Shown: one piece after another, positions 1 through 8,935 of the stretch
How positions within the stretch are numbered: position 1 is the first letter of the stretch
How the letters are laid out: the number at the start of each line of letters is the position of its first letter
Sequence record: OR805294.1
Direction: 5' to 3' (one strand)
Length of the DNA: 64,000 bases
Notes under the pieces: generated by a model
What the model was told of the DNA's origin: nothing
What the model saw: the letters and a program-made list of their open reading frames with translations, nothing else
The model's database searches: none
Made by a program: the position numbers and the translations under genes

Positions 1-27
1 ATGCACCCTTTTATTTTTTATTTAGAT

Positions 28-1596
28 ATGGCAGCAGAAGATTATTTAATTAAAAAGGCTTTTAAAAAGGTCTTATACACAGACAAACAGATAGAAGAAT
101 TAAAAAAATGCATGGATCCTATAAATGGTCCTATGTATTTTATGACAAATTTTGTCTACATTCAGCATCCTACAAAAGGTCGTCTGTTATTTAAACCGTT
201 TCCATATCAAGTAGGTTTATTAGAAGCATTTCACAATTATAGATATTCTATAGCTATGCTAGGAAGGCAGCTAGGTAAATCTACTGTAGCTGGATCTTAT
301 TTACTATGGTACGCAATGTTCGTACCTGATAGTTTTATTTTAGTTGCATCGAAAACAGGCGGCGACGCCAAAGAGATCATGGGTCGAATTAGGTTTGCAT
401 ATGAAAGTTTGCCAGATCATATTAGGGCAGGTGCAATTACTTATAATAAACACAGTATAGAATTTGATAACGGATCTAAGATTAAATCAACTACTACTAC
501 CGAAAATACAGGTAGGGGAATGTCTATTTCGCTAGTATATTTAGATGAAATGGCATTCGTGCCGTACAATGTGGCTATAGAAATGTGGACTTCTCTATCA
601 CCTACATTATCCACTGGCGGTAAATGTATAATAACTTCTACGCCTAATACCGACGAGGATTTGTTTGCCGATATATGGCATAATGCAAACAAATTAACTG
701 ACGAATACGGAAATGAACGAAAAATAGGTGCTAATGGATTTAAGCCGTTTAAAGCTACTTGGAAAGATCATCCTGACAGAGATGAAAATTGGGCAACAAT
801 AGAACGTGAAAAGATAGGGGAAGAAAGATTTCGTAGAGAACACGAAGTGGAGTTTATTTCTTTTGAAGAAACTCTTATAAATTCTATAAAATTAAATCAA
901 TTAGAATCTAAAACTCCTATAAGAAAAACAGGCCAAGTCCGTTGGTATGAAGAAATAAAGCCGACAAATACATATGTTGTTGGATTAGATCCATCTATGG
1001 GAGCCGGCGGCGACAATGCTGCAATACAAGTGTTAGAATTACCTACAATGAAACAAGTAGCTGAGTGGCAGCACAACAGAACACCAGTCGAAGGTCAAGT
1101 TAGGCTGTTAAATGAAATACTTACAGAAATACAAAACGCAGGTGTAGTAGAATTATATTGGTCGTTGGAATCTAATAATTTAGGAGAAGCTGCATTAGTA
1201 GTAATACGTGATACAGGAGAAGAATATTTTCCTGGGACATTTTTGCATGATCCTGTAAAACAAGCAGGGGCGAATAGTCGTAAAAGACAAGGTTTTCTTA
1301 CTACTAATCGGACAAAAATAGAAGCATGTTCTAGATTGAAATCCTTAATAGAAAATAATAAAATAAAAATATCATCTTCTGCATTGATTAGTGAATTAAA
1401 GAATTATGTACACAGAGGAGCCACGTTTGAAGCTCGACCAGGAACTACAGACGATTTGGTGTCTGCACTTATATTAACACTAAGGATGACTCAGTTTATT
1501 GCATTATGGGATGATAATACAAATGGTGCAATCAGTGCAAGTATAGAAGTTGTCGATGAGGATGATGATAGTATGCCTATGCCTTTCTTATTTTAA
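28..1596 (+). CDS. terL: Terminase large subunit (T4 gp17-like)
   Basis: Walker A LGRQLGKST, Walker B YLDEMAF, ITSTPN, nuclease motifs GLDPS and TDDLV. The frame is open from base 1; ATG 28 is the preferred start. Confidence 0.95.
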   Translation: MAAEDYLIKKAFKKVLYTDKQIEELKKCMDPINGPMYFMTNFVYIQHPTKGRLLFKPFPYQVGLLEAFHNYRYSIAMLGRQLGKSTVAGSYLLWYAMFVPDSFILVASKTGGDAKEIMGRIRFAYESLPDHIRAGAITYNKHSIEFDNGSKIKSTTTTENTGRGMSISLVYLDEMAFVPYNVAIEMWTSLSPTLSTGGKCIITSTPNTDEDLFADIWHNANKLTDEYGNERKIGANGFKPFKATWKDHPDRDENWATIEREKIGEERFRREHEVEFISFEETLINSIKLNQLESKTPIRKTGQVRWYEEIKPTNTYVVGLDPSMGAGGDNAAIQVLELPTMKQVAEWQHNRTPVEGQVRLLNEILTEIQNAGVVELYWSLESNNLGEAALVVIRDTGEEYFPGTFLHDPVKQAGANSRKRQGFLTTNRTKIEACSRLKSLIENNKIKISSSALISELKNYVHRGATFEARPGTTDDLVSALILTLRMTQFIALWDDNTNGAISASIEVVDEDDDSMPMPFLF

Positions 1597-1627
1597 ACTA
1601 AATATAATTAAATTGGATTTAGATTTA

Positions 1628-3118
1628 ATGAAACTATTTGAAGTCTTTACTTTATATGAAGATAAAGCAGAACTGATTGTGAAAAATCAGGGACCCAAAC
1701 TCCTTACTGCTGCTAAAAATTATGGATCGAATATTCGTACGGCTGAAGAAATAATGAATGTTCTTAAGAGTGCAGATCCCACATCTGATCAGAAATACTT
1801 GCAGTGGATTACTAATAGATTTATTGCAGGTGAATTTAGATTAGAAGATACTAATAGAATAAGGGCAGATCTTATATCATTCGAGAGATATAAACGTGTT
1901 TTACCGAAAAAAGATATAAATCAGTATAAAACACTAGGAGAATTGTATGCAGTAATTGACCCATTAAATGACGCAGCAACAGGCAACGATCTGATCGGTG
2001 TATCTAATAAACAAGTTAAAAAGCATGCATATAATGCCAAACGCCAAGAATTAATTTCGTCTGGTCAGGCAGATGTAATTTATAAAGGCCAAGAAGGAAT
2101 GCTAGTTAATCCCAAAACAGAAGATGCAGCAATATTCTTTGGTCAAGGAACTAGGTGGTGTACCGCAGCAACTAGTAGTGATAATATGTTTAGTCACTAC
2201 CATAGTCAGGGACCGTTATATACTTGGTTAGGTTCTGATGGATTCAAAGCACAATTCCATTTAGAAACTAATCAATGGATGGATTCAAAAGACGAGCCTT
2301 TAGACAACGATCAAATGTCTAAGCTATTGTCAATTCCTATAATTAAAAAATTGTACGACGACGGTATAATTAAATCTGAGAAATCGCTTGTCGGAGATCG
2401 CGGCGGCTTCGATGACGAATATGATAATAGACTATCGGATGACTATTATTTCGACATGTGGGCTGATCGAAAATACCGTATCAAACGACATATTGAGAAA
2501 CACGGCATGTCTGAGTATTTAATAGATACACTTTCTGTTAAAGATCCTTTATTACCGTTGTTTGTTTTACCAGAATACTCAAAATACCCTGCGTCGAAAT
2601 CACTCGATGATTATTTTTTAAAATTATCCAAATTAGAACCGCTTGACCAATATAAAGAGATAAATGGGTATTTTGAAAGTGATATGTTACTTCGATTAAC
2701 TAGATACCTTGAAGATTCTACAGGGTCTCATTCTAAATCTTTAGATGATGCTGGATTTAATTTTGTTCGTCGATTACTGGACATAGGCGGAAAGGATTTT
2801 GATTTAATAATATCGAACTATCTAAAACATGTAGCTGAGAATTCTAAAACAAAACAATACCTTCTGTCTAATCTTCCGTTAGCTGTTGAGATTGCTAATT
2901 CGATTGAATGGCCGGAACTTATGACAGCAATTGAGCATGAGCTTAGCAATGCTAAAACACCAAAAGAAGAGAACGATGCAATAAAACTAGGCAGTGAGTT
3001 AATGTTTAAATCTAATAGCCTGCCTGTATCTAAATGGTTTATTAATTTACTTAAAACTACAGATGCAGGTAAACGATACTTATCATCATTACCTGAGTAT
3101 GACAACACAAAACAATAA
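1628..3118 (+). CDS. Hypothetical protein with GTRWCTA (PcfJ-like) motif, probable late/head protein
   Basis: Long ORF. The track start at 1550 overlaps terL; ATG 1628 follows CTAAATA at 1598. Confidence 0.6.
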   Translation: MKLFEVFTLYEDKAELIVKNQGPKLLTAAKNYGSNIRTAEEIMNVLKSADPTSDQKYLQWITNRFIAGEFRLEDTNRIRADLISFERYKRVLPKKDINQYKTLGELYAVIDPLNDAATGNDLIGVSNKQVKKHAYNAKRQELISSGQADVIYKGQEGMLVNPKTEDAAIFFGQGTRWCTAATSSDNMFSHYHSQGPLYTWLGSDGFKAQFHLETNQWMDSKDEPLDNDQMSKLLSIPIIKKLYDDGIIKSEKSLVGDRGGFDDEYDNRLSDDYYFDMWADRKYRIKRHIEKHGMSEYLIDTLSVKDPLLPLFVLPEYSKYPASKSLDDYFLKLSKLEPLDQYKEINGYFESDMLLRLTRYLEDSTGSHSKSLDDAGFNFVRRLLDIGGKDFDLIISNYLKHVAENSKTKQYLLSNLPLAVEIANSIEWPELMTAIEHELSNAKTPKEENDAIKLGSELMFKSNSLPVSKWFINLLKTTDAGKRYLSSLPEYDNTKQ

Positions 3119-3146
3119 ATACAACTAAAGTTTTGAGGTAAGAATT

Positions 3147-4637
3147 TTGATTAATTATAACAGAACTGCTAAAAAAATATTTTCTGTATTAAAAGGGCAC
3201 AGCTATCGGGTAAAAATGTATGACCTAACAGGCAATGAAGTGATAGACCCGGAAAAAGCTCGTCGATTTTATGTTCAATATCCGAACATGATGATAACAC
3301 TAGATGAAGACACTGGTGAAATTCGTATGAGCAAAAACAATAATATTTCTTTAACTGAATACGAAAGCACATTAGTTCAGTTAAAGAACATAGCAGTGCA
3401 TTACATGCTAAATTTTACCTTGAAAGACTTCGGGAGAGAAATAACACCGAGGGATTTTGCATACCAAGCAAAAGTTAAAAAGGAAAAAGAAATGTCTAAC
3501 GGATCTGTATCTGAATCTATATCTCCTCTAGCTGGTTCTAGAAAAACAAGTTATCAAACAATAGAAAATGTTAAAATACATGTAAAGCATAAGACACATG
3601 TCGACGAAGAGATTAGGGGAGCTCGTTCTAGAAATATTTCTGCAATTTTTATAGAACACTCGGGAGAAAGGTTTCGTTTTCCTCACAATAATTTAGTTGG
3701 TGCCCGCGCCATGGCAAGACATATACAGCAAGGCGGTAATCAATACGATTCGATCGGTTCTTATATAATAGAAAGCTGTGCTAACTATACTAAGTTAAGA
3801 GAATTTATGAGATATATTCGTTCTAATAATCTTATAACAGAAGATAGCAACGATGTTATTGTTAATATTAAGGAAAGTATAGATAGTATAGCTACAGATT
3901 TAAAACGTCTATCCGGTGTAAATACTTACGGTATAGTAAAATCTAGGATCGAAGAAACGGAAGAAACAGAATGCGATGTATCTGATGTAGATAAGTTTAA
4001 GGATATGTTTACTATTCGTAAGTTTGACGATAAGTTTACTGATGTTCTTCCTATAGTGAGTAAACTCGTTAAGGAAAAACAATCATATTTAAAGAAAATA
4101 GAAGAAGCAGTTTCTAAACAAATTTATATAGAGTCTATGCCTATTTTAGAAACTAATGCTATAATATATGAAAATCCTAATATTAAGTTAGGACATAGCT
4201 TACAAGAACTTAGTTCTAGAATATTAGAAAATACATTATTAGCTAATTATATTTCGTCGATGGGATCTAAGCTAATAAAAGAAAATACTTTAAATAAATT
4301 CGAATGTTCTATAATCAAATCATTTTTTGAAAACGTTAGTGTTAAAAAAGCAAATACTAATCAAACTAATGGGTTATTTGCAGAATCGATCAACGAATTT
4401 GGAATAAATATTCCTGACTTCCCGGATAATAACCCCTTTAATAAAAATAAAGACAACAAATACAGTAATTCAGATTTAGATAAACACGCATCTGATCAAA
4501 AAGTAGATGCAAATGACACTGTCTCTAAAATTGATTTTATTATAAGCAATAGCCACGGAAGATATAATGACAGAGAAAAATTACTAAAATTGCCAGATGA
4601 TGTTATTAACAGAATATATTCCAAAATTGCTAAATAA
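3147..4637 (+). CDS. Conserved hypothetical phage protein
   Basis: 496-aa ORF, TTG start with SD GAGGT, AATAAATA at 3114. Confidence 0.7.
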   Translation: MINYNRTAKKIFSVLKGHSYRVKMYDLTGNEVIDPEKARRFYVQYPNMMITLDEDTGEIRMSKNNNISLTEYESTLVQLKNIAVHYMLNFTLKDFGREITPRDFAYQAKVKKEKEMSNGSVSESISPLAGSRKTSYQTIENVKIHVKHKTHVDEEIRGARSRNISAIFIEHSGERFRFPHNNLVGARAMARHIQQGGNQYDSIGSYIIESCANYTKLREFMRYIRSNNLITEDSNDVIVNIKESIDSIATDLKRLSGVNTYGIVKSRIEETEETECDVSDVDKFKDMFTIRKFDDKFTDVLPIVSKLVKEKQSYLKKIEEAVSKQIYIESMPILETNAIIYENPNIKLGHSLQELSSRILENTLLANYISSMGSKLIKENTLNKFECSIIKSFFENVSVKKANTNQTNGLFAESINEFGINIPDFPDNNPFNKNKDNKYSNSDLDKHASDQKVDANDTVSKIDFIISNSHGRYNDREKLLKLPDDVINRIYSKIAK

Positions 4638-4717
4638 AATTATTATCAAGATCATTGAACTGGATTCGAAATAAAATTAATTCTGTATACTTTGCATATT
4701 ACACTAAAAATAAATGG

Positions 4718-4746
4718 TTGACAAATAGATAACTGCATTATATAAT
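4718..4746 (+). promoter_or_regulatory. Consensus sigma70 promoter of ssb
   Basis: TTGACA-17 bp-TATAAT. Confidence 0.9.
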
Positions 4747-4759
4747 TACACCATAACTT

Positions 4760-4803
4760 AGTTTTGCAGCTAACCCGAGCAAAACTGTATTAAAAGGGTT
4801 TAG
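4760..4803 (+). promoter_or_regulatory. Candidate H-type RNA pseudoknot in ssb leader
   Basis: Stem AGTTTTGC/GCAAAACT; loop AACCC (4772-4776) complementary to GGGTT (4796-4800). Confidence 0.5.
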
Positions 4804-4835
4804 GATAAAATAAAAAATATTAAGGATAATTCATT

Positions 4836-5822
4836 ATGGCTTCTCTTGCTGAACTACGTCAAAAATTAAAAGATCAAGAAACAAAACGTGGCACAAAATC
4901 ATCTGGCAGTGCAGATAAAAGTAATTTCCCATTCTGGGACATGAATGAAAACGACAGTGCTACTGTAAGATTTCTTCCTGATGCAAACACTGATAATACC
5001 TTTTTCTGGGTAGAAAAACAACAAATTAAAATTCCATTTAGTGGCATTGTAGGTATGAATAGTAAACCTACAGTTGTTACTGTACCGTGTGTAGAAATGT
5101 GGGGGGAATCTTGCCCTATTCATCAAGAAATCCGTCCATGGTTTAAAGATCCTTCGTTAGAGAAATTGGCGCGTACTTATTGGAAGAAACGTTCTTATAT
5201 TTTCCAAGGACTTGTACGTAAGTCACCTCTTGTAGAACAAGAACTACCAGAGAATCCTATTCGCAAATTTACATTCGGAAGTCAGATTTTTAATCTAGTT
5301 AAATCGTCTCTATTAGACCCCGAAATGGAAAACATTCCCACTGATTATTTAAATGGTACTGATTTCCAGATAACTAAATTAATGAAGGGCCAATATGCCG
5401 ATTACGCTACATCTAAATGGGCAAGGAAAGAATCTTCGTTAACTGAAGAAGAATTCCAGGCAATCCAAACATATGGTCTGTATGATTTAAGTAAATTTTT
5501 ACCTGCTAAACCTGATGCAGAAGCATTAGCTGCTATATTCGAGATGTTCGAAGAATCAGTAGAAGGTAAAGAATATGATCCGCAGCGTTGGGGGAAATAC
5601 TATCGCCCGTACGGGGTTGAAGTTCCTACTAATACTTCCGTGAGTGTACCTGTATCTAAGCCAGAACCTAAGACTACGGTATCTAGTTCTTCAGTTATAG
5701 AAGACGATAACGATGATCTTCCTTGGGAAGATACTACTAAACCTGTAGAGCCTGCCAAATCTGCTTCTAATGCGCAAGATATAATTGCGCTCATCCGCGC
5801 CCGCCAAAACAGCGGCAACTAA
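4836..5822 (+). CDS. Single-stranded DNA-binding protein (T4 gp32-like)
   Basis: Position before uvsX, VRFLP motif, C/H/C cluster PCVEMWGESCPIH, acidic low-complexity C-terminus. Confidence 0.85.
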   Translation: MASLAELRQKLKDQETKRGTKSSGSADKSNFPFWDMNENDSATVRFLPDANTDNTFFWVEKQQIKIPFSGIVGMNSKPTVVTVPCVEMWGESCPIHQEIRPWFKDPSLEKLARTYWKKRSYIFQGLVRKSPLVEQELPENPIRKFTFGSQIFNLVKSSLLDPEMENIPTDYLNGTDFQITKLMKGQYADYATSKWARKESSLTEEEFQAIQTYGLYDLSKFLPAKPDAEALAAIFEMFEESVEGKEYDPQRWGKYYRPYGVEVPTNTSVSVPVSKPEPKTTVSSSSVIEDDNDDLPWEDTTKPVEPAKSASNAQDIIALIRARQNSGN

Positions 5823-5826
5823 ATAG

Positions 5827-5855
5827 AGAGAGGGGATCGCTGATCCCCTCTCTTT
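5827..5855 (+). terminator. Intrinsic terminator after ssb
   Basis: 12-bp stem AGAGAGGGGATC/GATCCCCTCTCT, 3-nt loop, short T run. Confidence 0.7.
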
Positions 5856-5928
5856 AATATAACCTAAAATAGCCAAAAAGTACAACTACAATGTTGGAAG
5901 GACGGCAGTATTATAAAAAGGACATTTT

Positions 5929-6174
5929 ATGACAAAACCATTCGATATTTCTAAATTTAGAAAAGATATTACCAAAAGTATCACTGGCATTAGTACAGGA
6001 TTTAATGACCCAACTATTTGGATTAGTACCGGCAACTATACTCTTAATTATCTCATTAGTAGCGACTTTAATAAAGGCGTACCTATGGGTAAAGTAACTA
6101 TGTTTGCTGGCGAGTCGGGTTGTTTGCCTGAAACTGCTAAAGTGAAAATTAGACTATCTAAGAAGCAATCTTAA
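5929..6174 (+). CDS. uvsX: UvsX/RecA-like recombinase N-terminal fragment (64 aa) fused to a 17-aa N-intein
   Basis: WISTGNYTLNYLIS...GVPMGKVTMFAGESG is a RecA N-terminus ending inside Walker A, followed by CLPETAKVKIRLSKKQS-stop. Confidence 0.92.
   Translation: MTKPFDISKFRKDITKSITGISTGFNDPTIWISTGNYTLNYLISSDFNKGVPMGKVTMFAGESGCLPETAKVKIRLSKKQS
6121..6171 (+). mobile_element. Split intein N-fragment (IntN, 17 aa)
   Basis: Block A Cys1-Leu-Pro starting directly after GESG, stop after 17 codons. Confidence 0.88.
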
Positions 6175-6183
6175 CTGTCCAGT

Positions 6184-6223
6184 GTCTCCGTCGAGGATAA
6201 ATACTTTTATCTAAAACGGAGAC
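6184..6223 (+). promoter_or_regulatory. RBS-sequestering hairpin with embedded late promoter upstream of the endonuclease gene
   Basis: Outer stem GTCTCCGT/ACGGAGAC covers SD GGAGA; inner stem GATAAA/TTTATC; GATAAATA at 6196-6203. Confidence 0.7.
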
Positions 6224-6226
6224 TTT

Positions 6227-7660
6227 ATGGGAAATTACAATGTTCTTTCTACAAAAAACTTTAAGAAGCTATGTAATGAGTTAAACATAGTAACGATATC
6301 AGAAAAGTACATTTCTGATATACGTAAGATAGAAGATTCTGCTAAGAGCAAAGTGGATTCTGCATCTCAGCGTATGATATTAACTATGATAACTGTGAAA
6401 GTTCCCGACTTATATGATGCATATAACAGATACTATCAGCTCAGAACAGATGGTATTAGTACAAAAACTCAAGACAGTATTTCTTATATTTTTGGAAAAG
6501 ACTTCCTCGAATCTGTTAATTTACTAATCAGTAATAGATATAAAACTGCATTCCGTAAAGGAATGACAGTGGAAGAGACATTTATAACACGTAATAAAGA
6601 CTTTTCCAATAATGGTGTGTATTATAACCAGATGACTGATAAGCAAAAGAAACGTTTATCATTATTGCTTAGTGTGTATACACCAGAAAGGTTGGAGTTT
6701 TATAAAAAGACAATTTCGTTTTTTATTAAGTTAGATTTGACTAATTATGCAGGAAGAATGAAAAGACTGATGAAACTGGGATCTAGTACGTCTTTATATG
6801 CTAGCGTATTACGGTATGGTAAATCTGTCGGAAAAAGCACACATTCATCTGTATCTGCGGTAAAGAGAAACTATTTGCCTACTTCGATACAATATTGGAT
6901 GGCAAAGGGGTTTGATGAAGATACTGCATTAGTGAAGATAAACGAACATCAACAGAAAGCAAGTGCCATGTCTTCCAAAAAACTAAAAGGCACTAGCGAA
7001 TACTCTGTTCGATCAGTTGCATATTGGATTAAAAACGGGTATAGCGAAGAAGAGGCAAAAGGGAAAGTATCTAATATACAGAATACTTGGAAAAATGTAT
7101 CTCAAGAAGAGCGTGATCGAAGAATAGAATCGTGGATGACTACAATGAGTCTTAAAACAGACGAGGAGAAATCTTTGATAAACCTTAAAAAAACTCACAG
7201 CCCGGAAGGGATAATGGCAAGGACAAATTGCGATTATGATATTGCATTTAAGCAAAGCGTTGATTTTTTTAAGAAACGAAATAATTCTTCTAAAGTATCT
7301 CAAGAACTATTTTGGGGAATTGCCGAGGATATCGATACCGATGGAGTTTACTTTTCTGAACTAAACTACGAATACCCTGTTATGGGGAAAATAGTAGATT
7401 TCTATGATTCTAAAAGCAAAACAGTAATCGAATTTTATGGAAACTTTTGGCATGCAGATAGTACATATACTGATGACACACTGATATATGGAAAAACTGC
7501 TAAAGAAATAAGAGAATCGGACATTTACAGAGAAACGTTAATTAGATCATCTGATTTGGTTAGTGATTTTATAGTAGTTTGGGAAAAGGACTTTAGGAAG
7601 AATCCGAAAGAAACAATTAAAAATTTAGTTAATATTTTAAATAATAAAAGGAAATTTTAA
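6227..7660 (+). mobile_element. Free-standing putative homing endonuclease, Vsr-like PD-(D/E)xK, between the intein halves
   Basis: C-terminal VDFYD...VIEFYGNFWHAD...VVWEKDF; two YWxxxG(F/Y)xE(D/E)xA repeats. Confidence 0.8.
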
Positions 7661-7663
7661 TAA

Positions 7664-8047
7664 ATGGAATACATCGAAAAGGAAGTAACAGTTAGTGAAC
7701 TGAAGTCTCTCTACAGTAGTAATGAATACGAAATTGAGTTAGACACACCAGATGGCTGGCAAAAACTGGGATCTTGGTTCGATAAAGGCCCTCTTAGTAT
7801 GGTGACGGTAGAAACGCAGGATGGGTTAGTTACTAGATGTGCAGTAAACCATATGATCGAAGTGGTAGACGGATCGGAAACTTTTTGGACACTTGCAAAA
7901 GACTTGTACGAAGGCCAACAAGTGCTTACTGTAAACGGTGTCTCAACAATTAGTTCTGTAACTGAAAGTGGCATCGAAGAATGTTTCGATTTCGAAATAC
8001 TCCACGAAAATCATCGTTACTATGGTGATGGATTCTCTTCTCACAAT
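7664..8047 (+). mobile_element. Split intein C-fragment (IntC, 128 aa)
   Basis: TPDG, block B-like CAVNH, block F CFDFEI, terminal His-Asn followed by Ser+1. Confidence 0.9.
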
Positions 8048-8935
8048 AGTGGCAAATCGTATATAGTATCAGGAAACATTGTAAAAGATGCACAAGAAAA
8101 GGGAATTTTTGTTGTATTACTTGATTCAGAAAATGCACTCGACGAATCTTGGCTACATGCACTAGGTGTAGACACTGGACCGGAAAAAATGTTACGCATC
8201 TCTGTATCGATGATAGATGATGTAGCAAAAATTATTAGTGATTTTGTTAAAGATTACAAGACTAATTATGCCGAACTACCTAACAATGATCGACCAAAGG
8301 TGCTTTTTGTTATTGACTCGCTCGGAATGTTATTGACACCAACGGAAACTGCACAATTTCAAAATGGTGATATGAAAGGAGATATGGGCAGGAAAGCAAA
8401 ACAATTAAAAGCATTGATTTCTAACTGTACAAATATGTTCGGCAACTTAGACATAGGCCTTGTTTGTACTAACCATACATATGCATCTCAAGATTTATTT
8501 CAGCCCGACGCTGTAATTTCGGGTGGCAGCGGCGCAGTCTATGCCGCGTCAATTGTAGTGGCAATGCAAAAGTTAAAGTTAAAAGAAGACGAAGCAGGTA
8601 ATAAAATTTCTGAAGTAGCTGGTATTCGTGCAGTATGTAAAGTTGTGAAATCTCGATATGCAAAGCCGTTTGAGACAGTAAAAGTAAATATTCCATATGA
8701 TACAGGTATGAGTCCGATATCGGGTCTATTTGACTTGTTTGAAAAAACAGGTAAACTTGTAAAACAAGGCAATAGATACAAGTACATAACCAAAGATGGT
8801 ACCGAAATGCTGTATTATAGGAAAGAATGGAATGATTACGATAAACTAAAAGTAATTATGAATGAATTTACAGACGAAGACCTAGGCAATGTCGTAGAAG
8901 TGGAAGAGGGTCATTTAGAAGAGTTCGATGAATAA
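7664..8935 (+). CDS. uvsX: C-intein (128 aa) fused to UvsX/RecA C-terminal fragment (295 aa)
   Basis: After SHN the sequence resumes SGKS (rest of Walker A), then LDSENALD, Walker B VIDSLG, CTNHTY, SGG, KSRY. Confidence 0.93.
   Translation: MEYIEKEVTVSELKSLYSSNEYEIELDTPDGWQKLGSWFDKGPLSMVTVETQDGLVTRCAVNHMIEVVDGSETFWTLAKDLYEGQQVLTVNGVSTISSVTESGIEECFDFEILHENHRYYGDGFSSHNSGKSYIVSGNIVKDAQEKGIFVVLLDSENALDESWLHALGVDTGPEKMLRISVSMIDDVAKIISDFVKDYKTNYAELPNNDRPKVLFVIDSLGMLLTPTETAQFQNGDMKGDMGRKAKQLKALISNCTNMFGNLDIGLVCTNHTYASQDLFQPDAVISGGSGAVYAASIVVAMQKLKLKEDEAGNKISEVAGIRAVCKVVKSRYAKPFETVKVNIPYDTGMSPISGLFDLFEKTGKLVKQGNRYKYITKDGTEMLYYRKEWNDYDKLKVIMNEFTDEDLGNVVEVEEGHLEEFDE

Noticed and set aside
1550-1627. 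Track N-terminal extension of the ORF after terL
   Set aside because: It overlaps terL in another frame and lies upstream of the late promoter motif; ATG 1628 is more plausible
6172-7663. Group I intron or frameshift as the explanation for the uvsX interruption
   Set aside because: Both flanks carry protein-level intein motifs (Cys1; His-Asn/Ser) and the C-half has its own start, so RNA splicing is not needed
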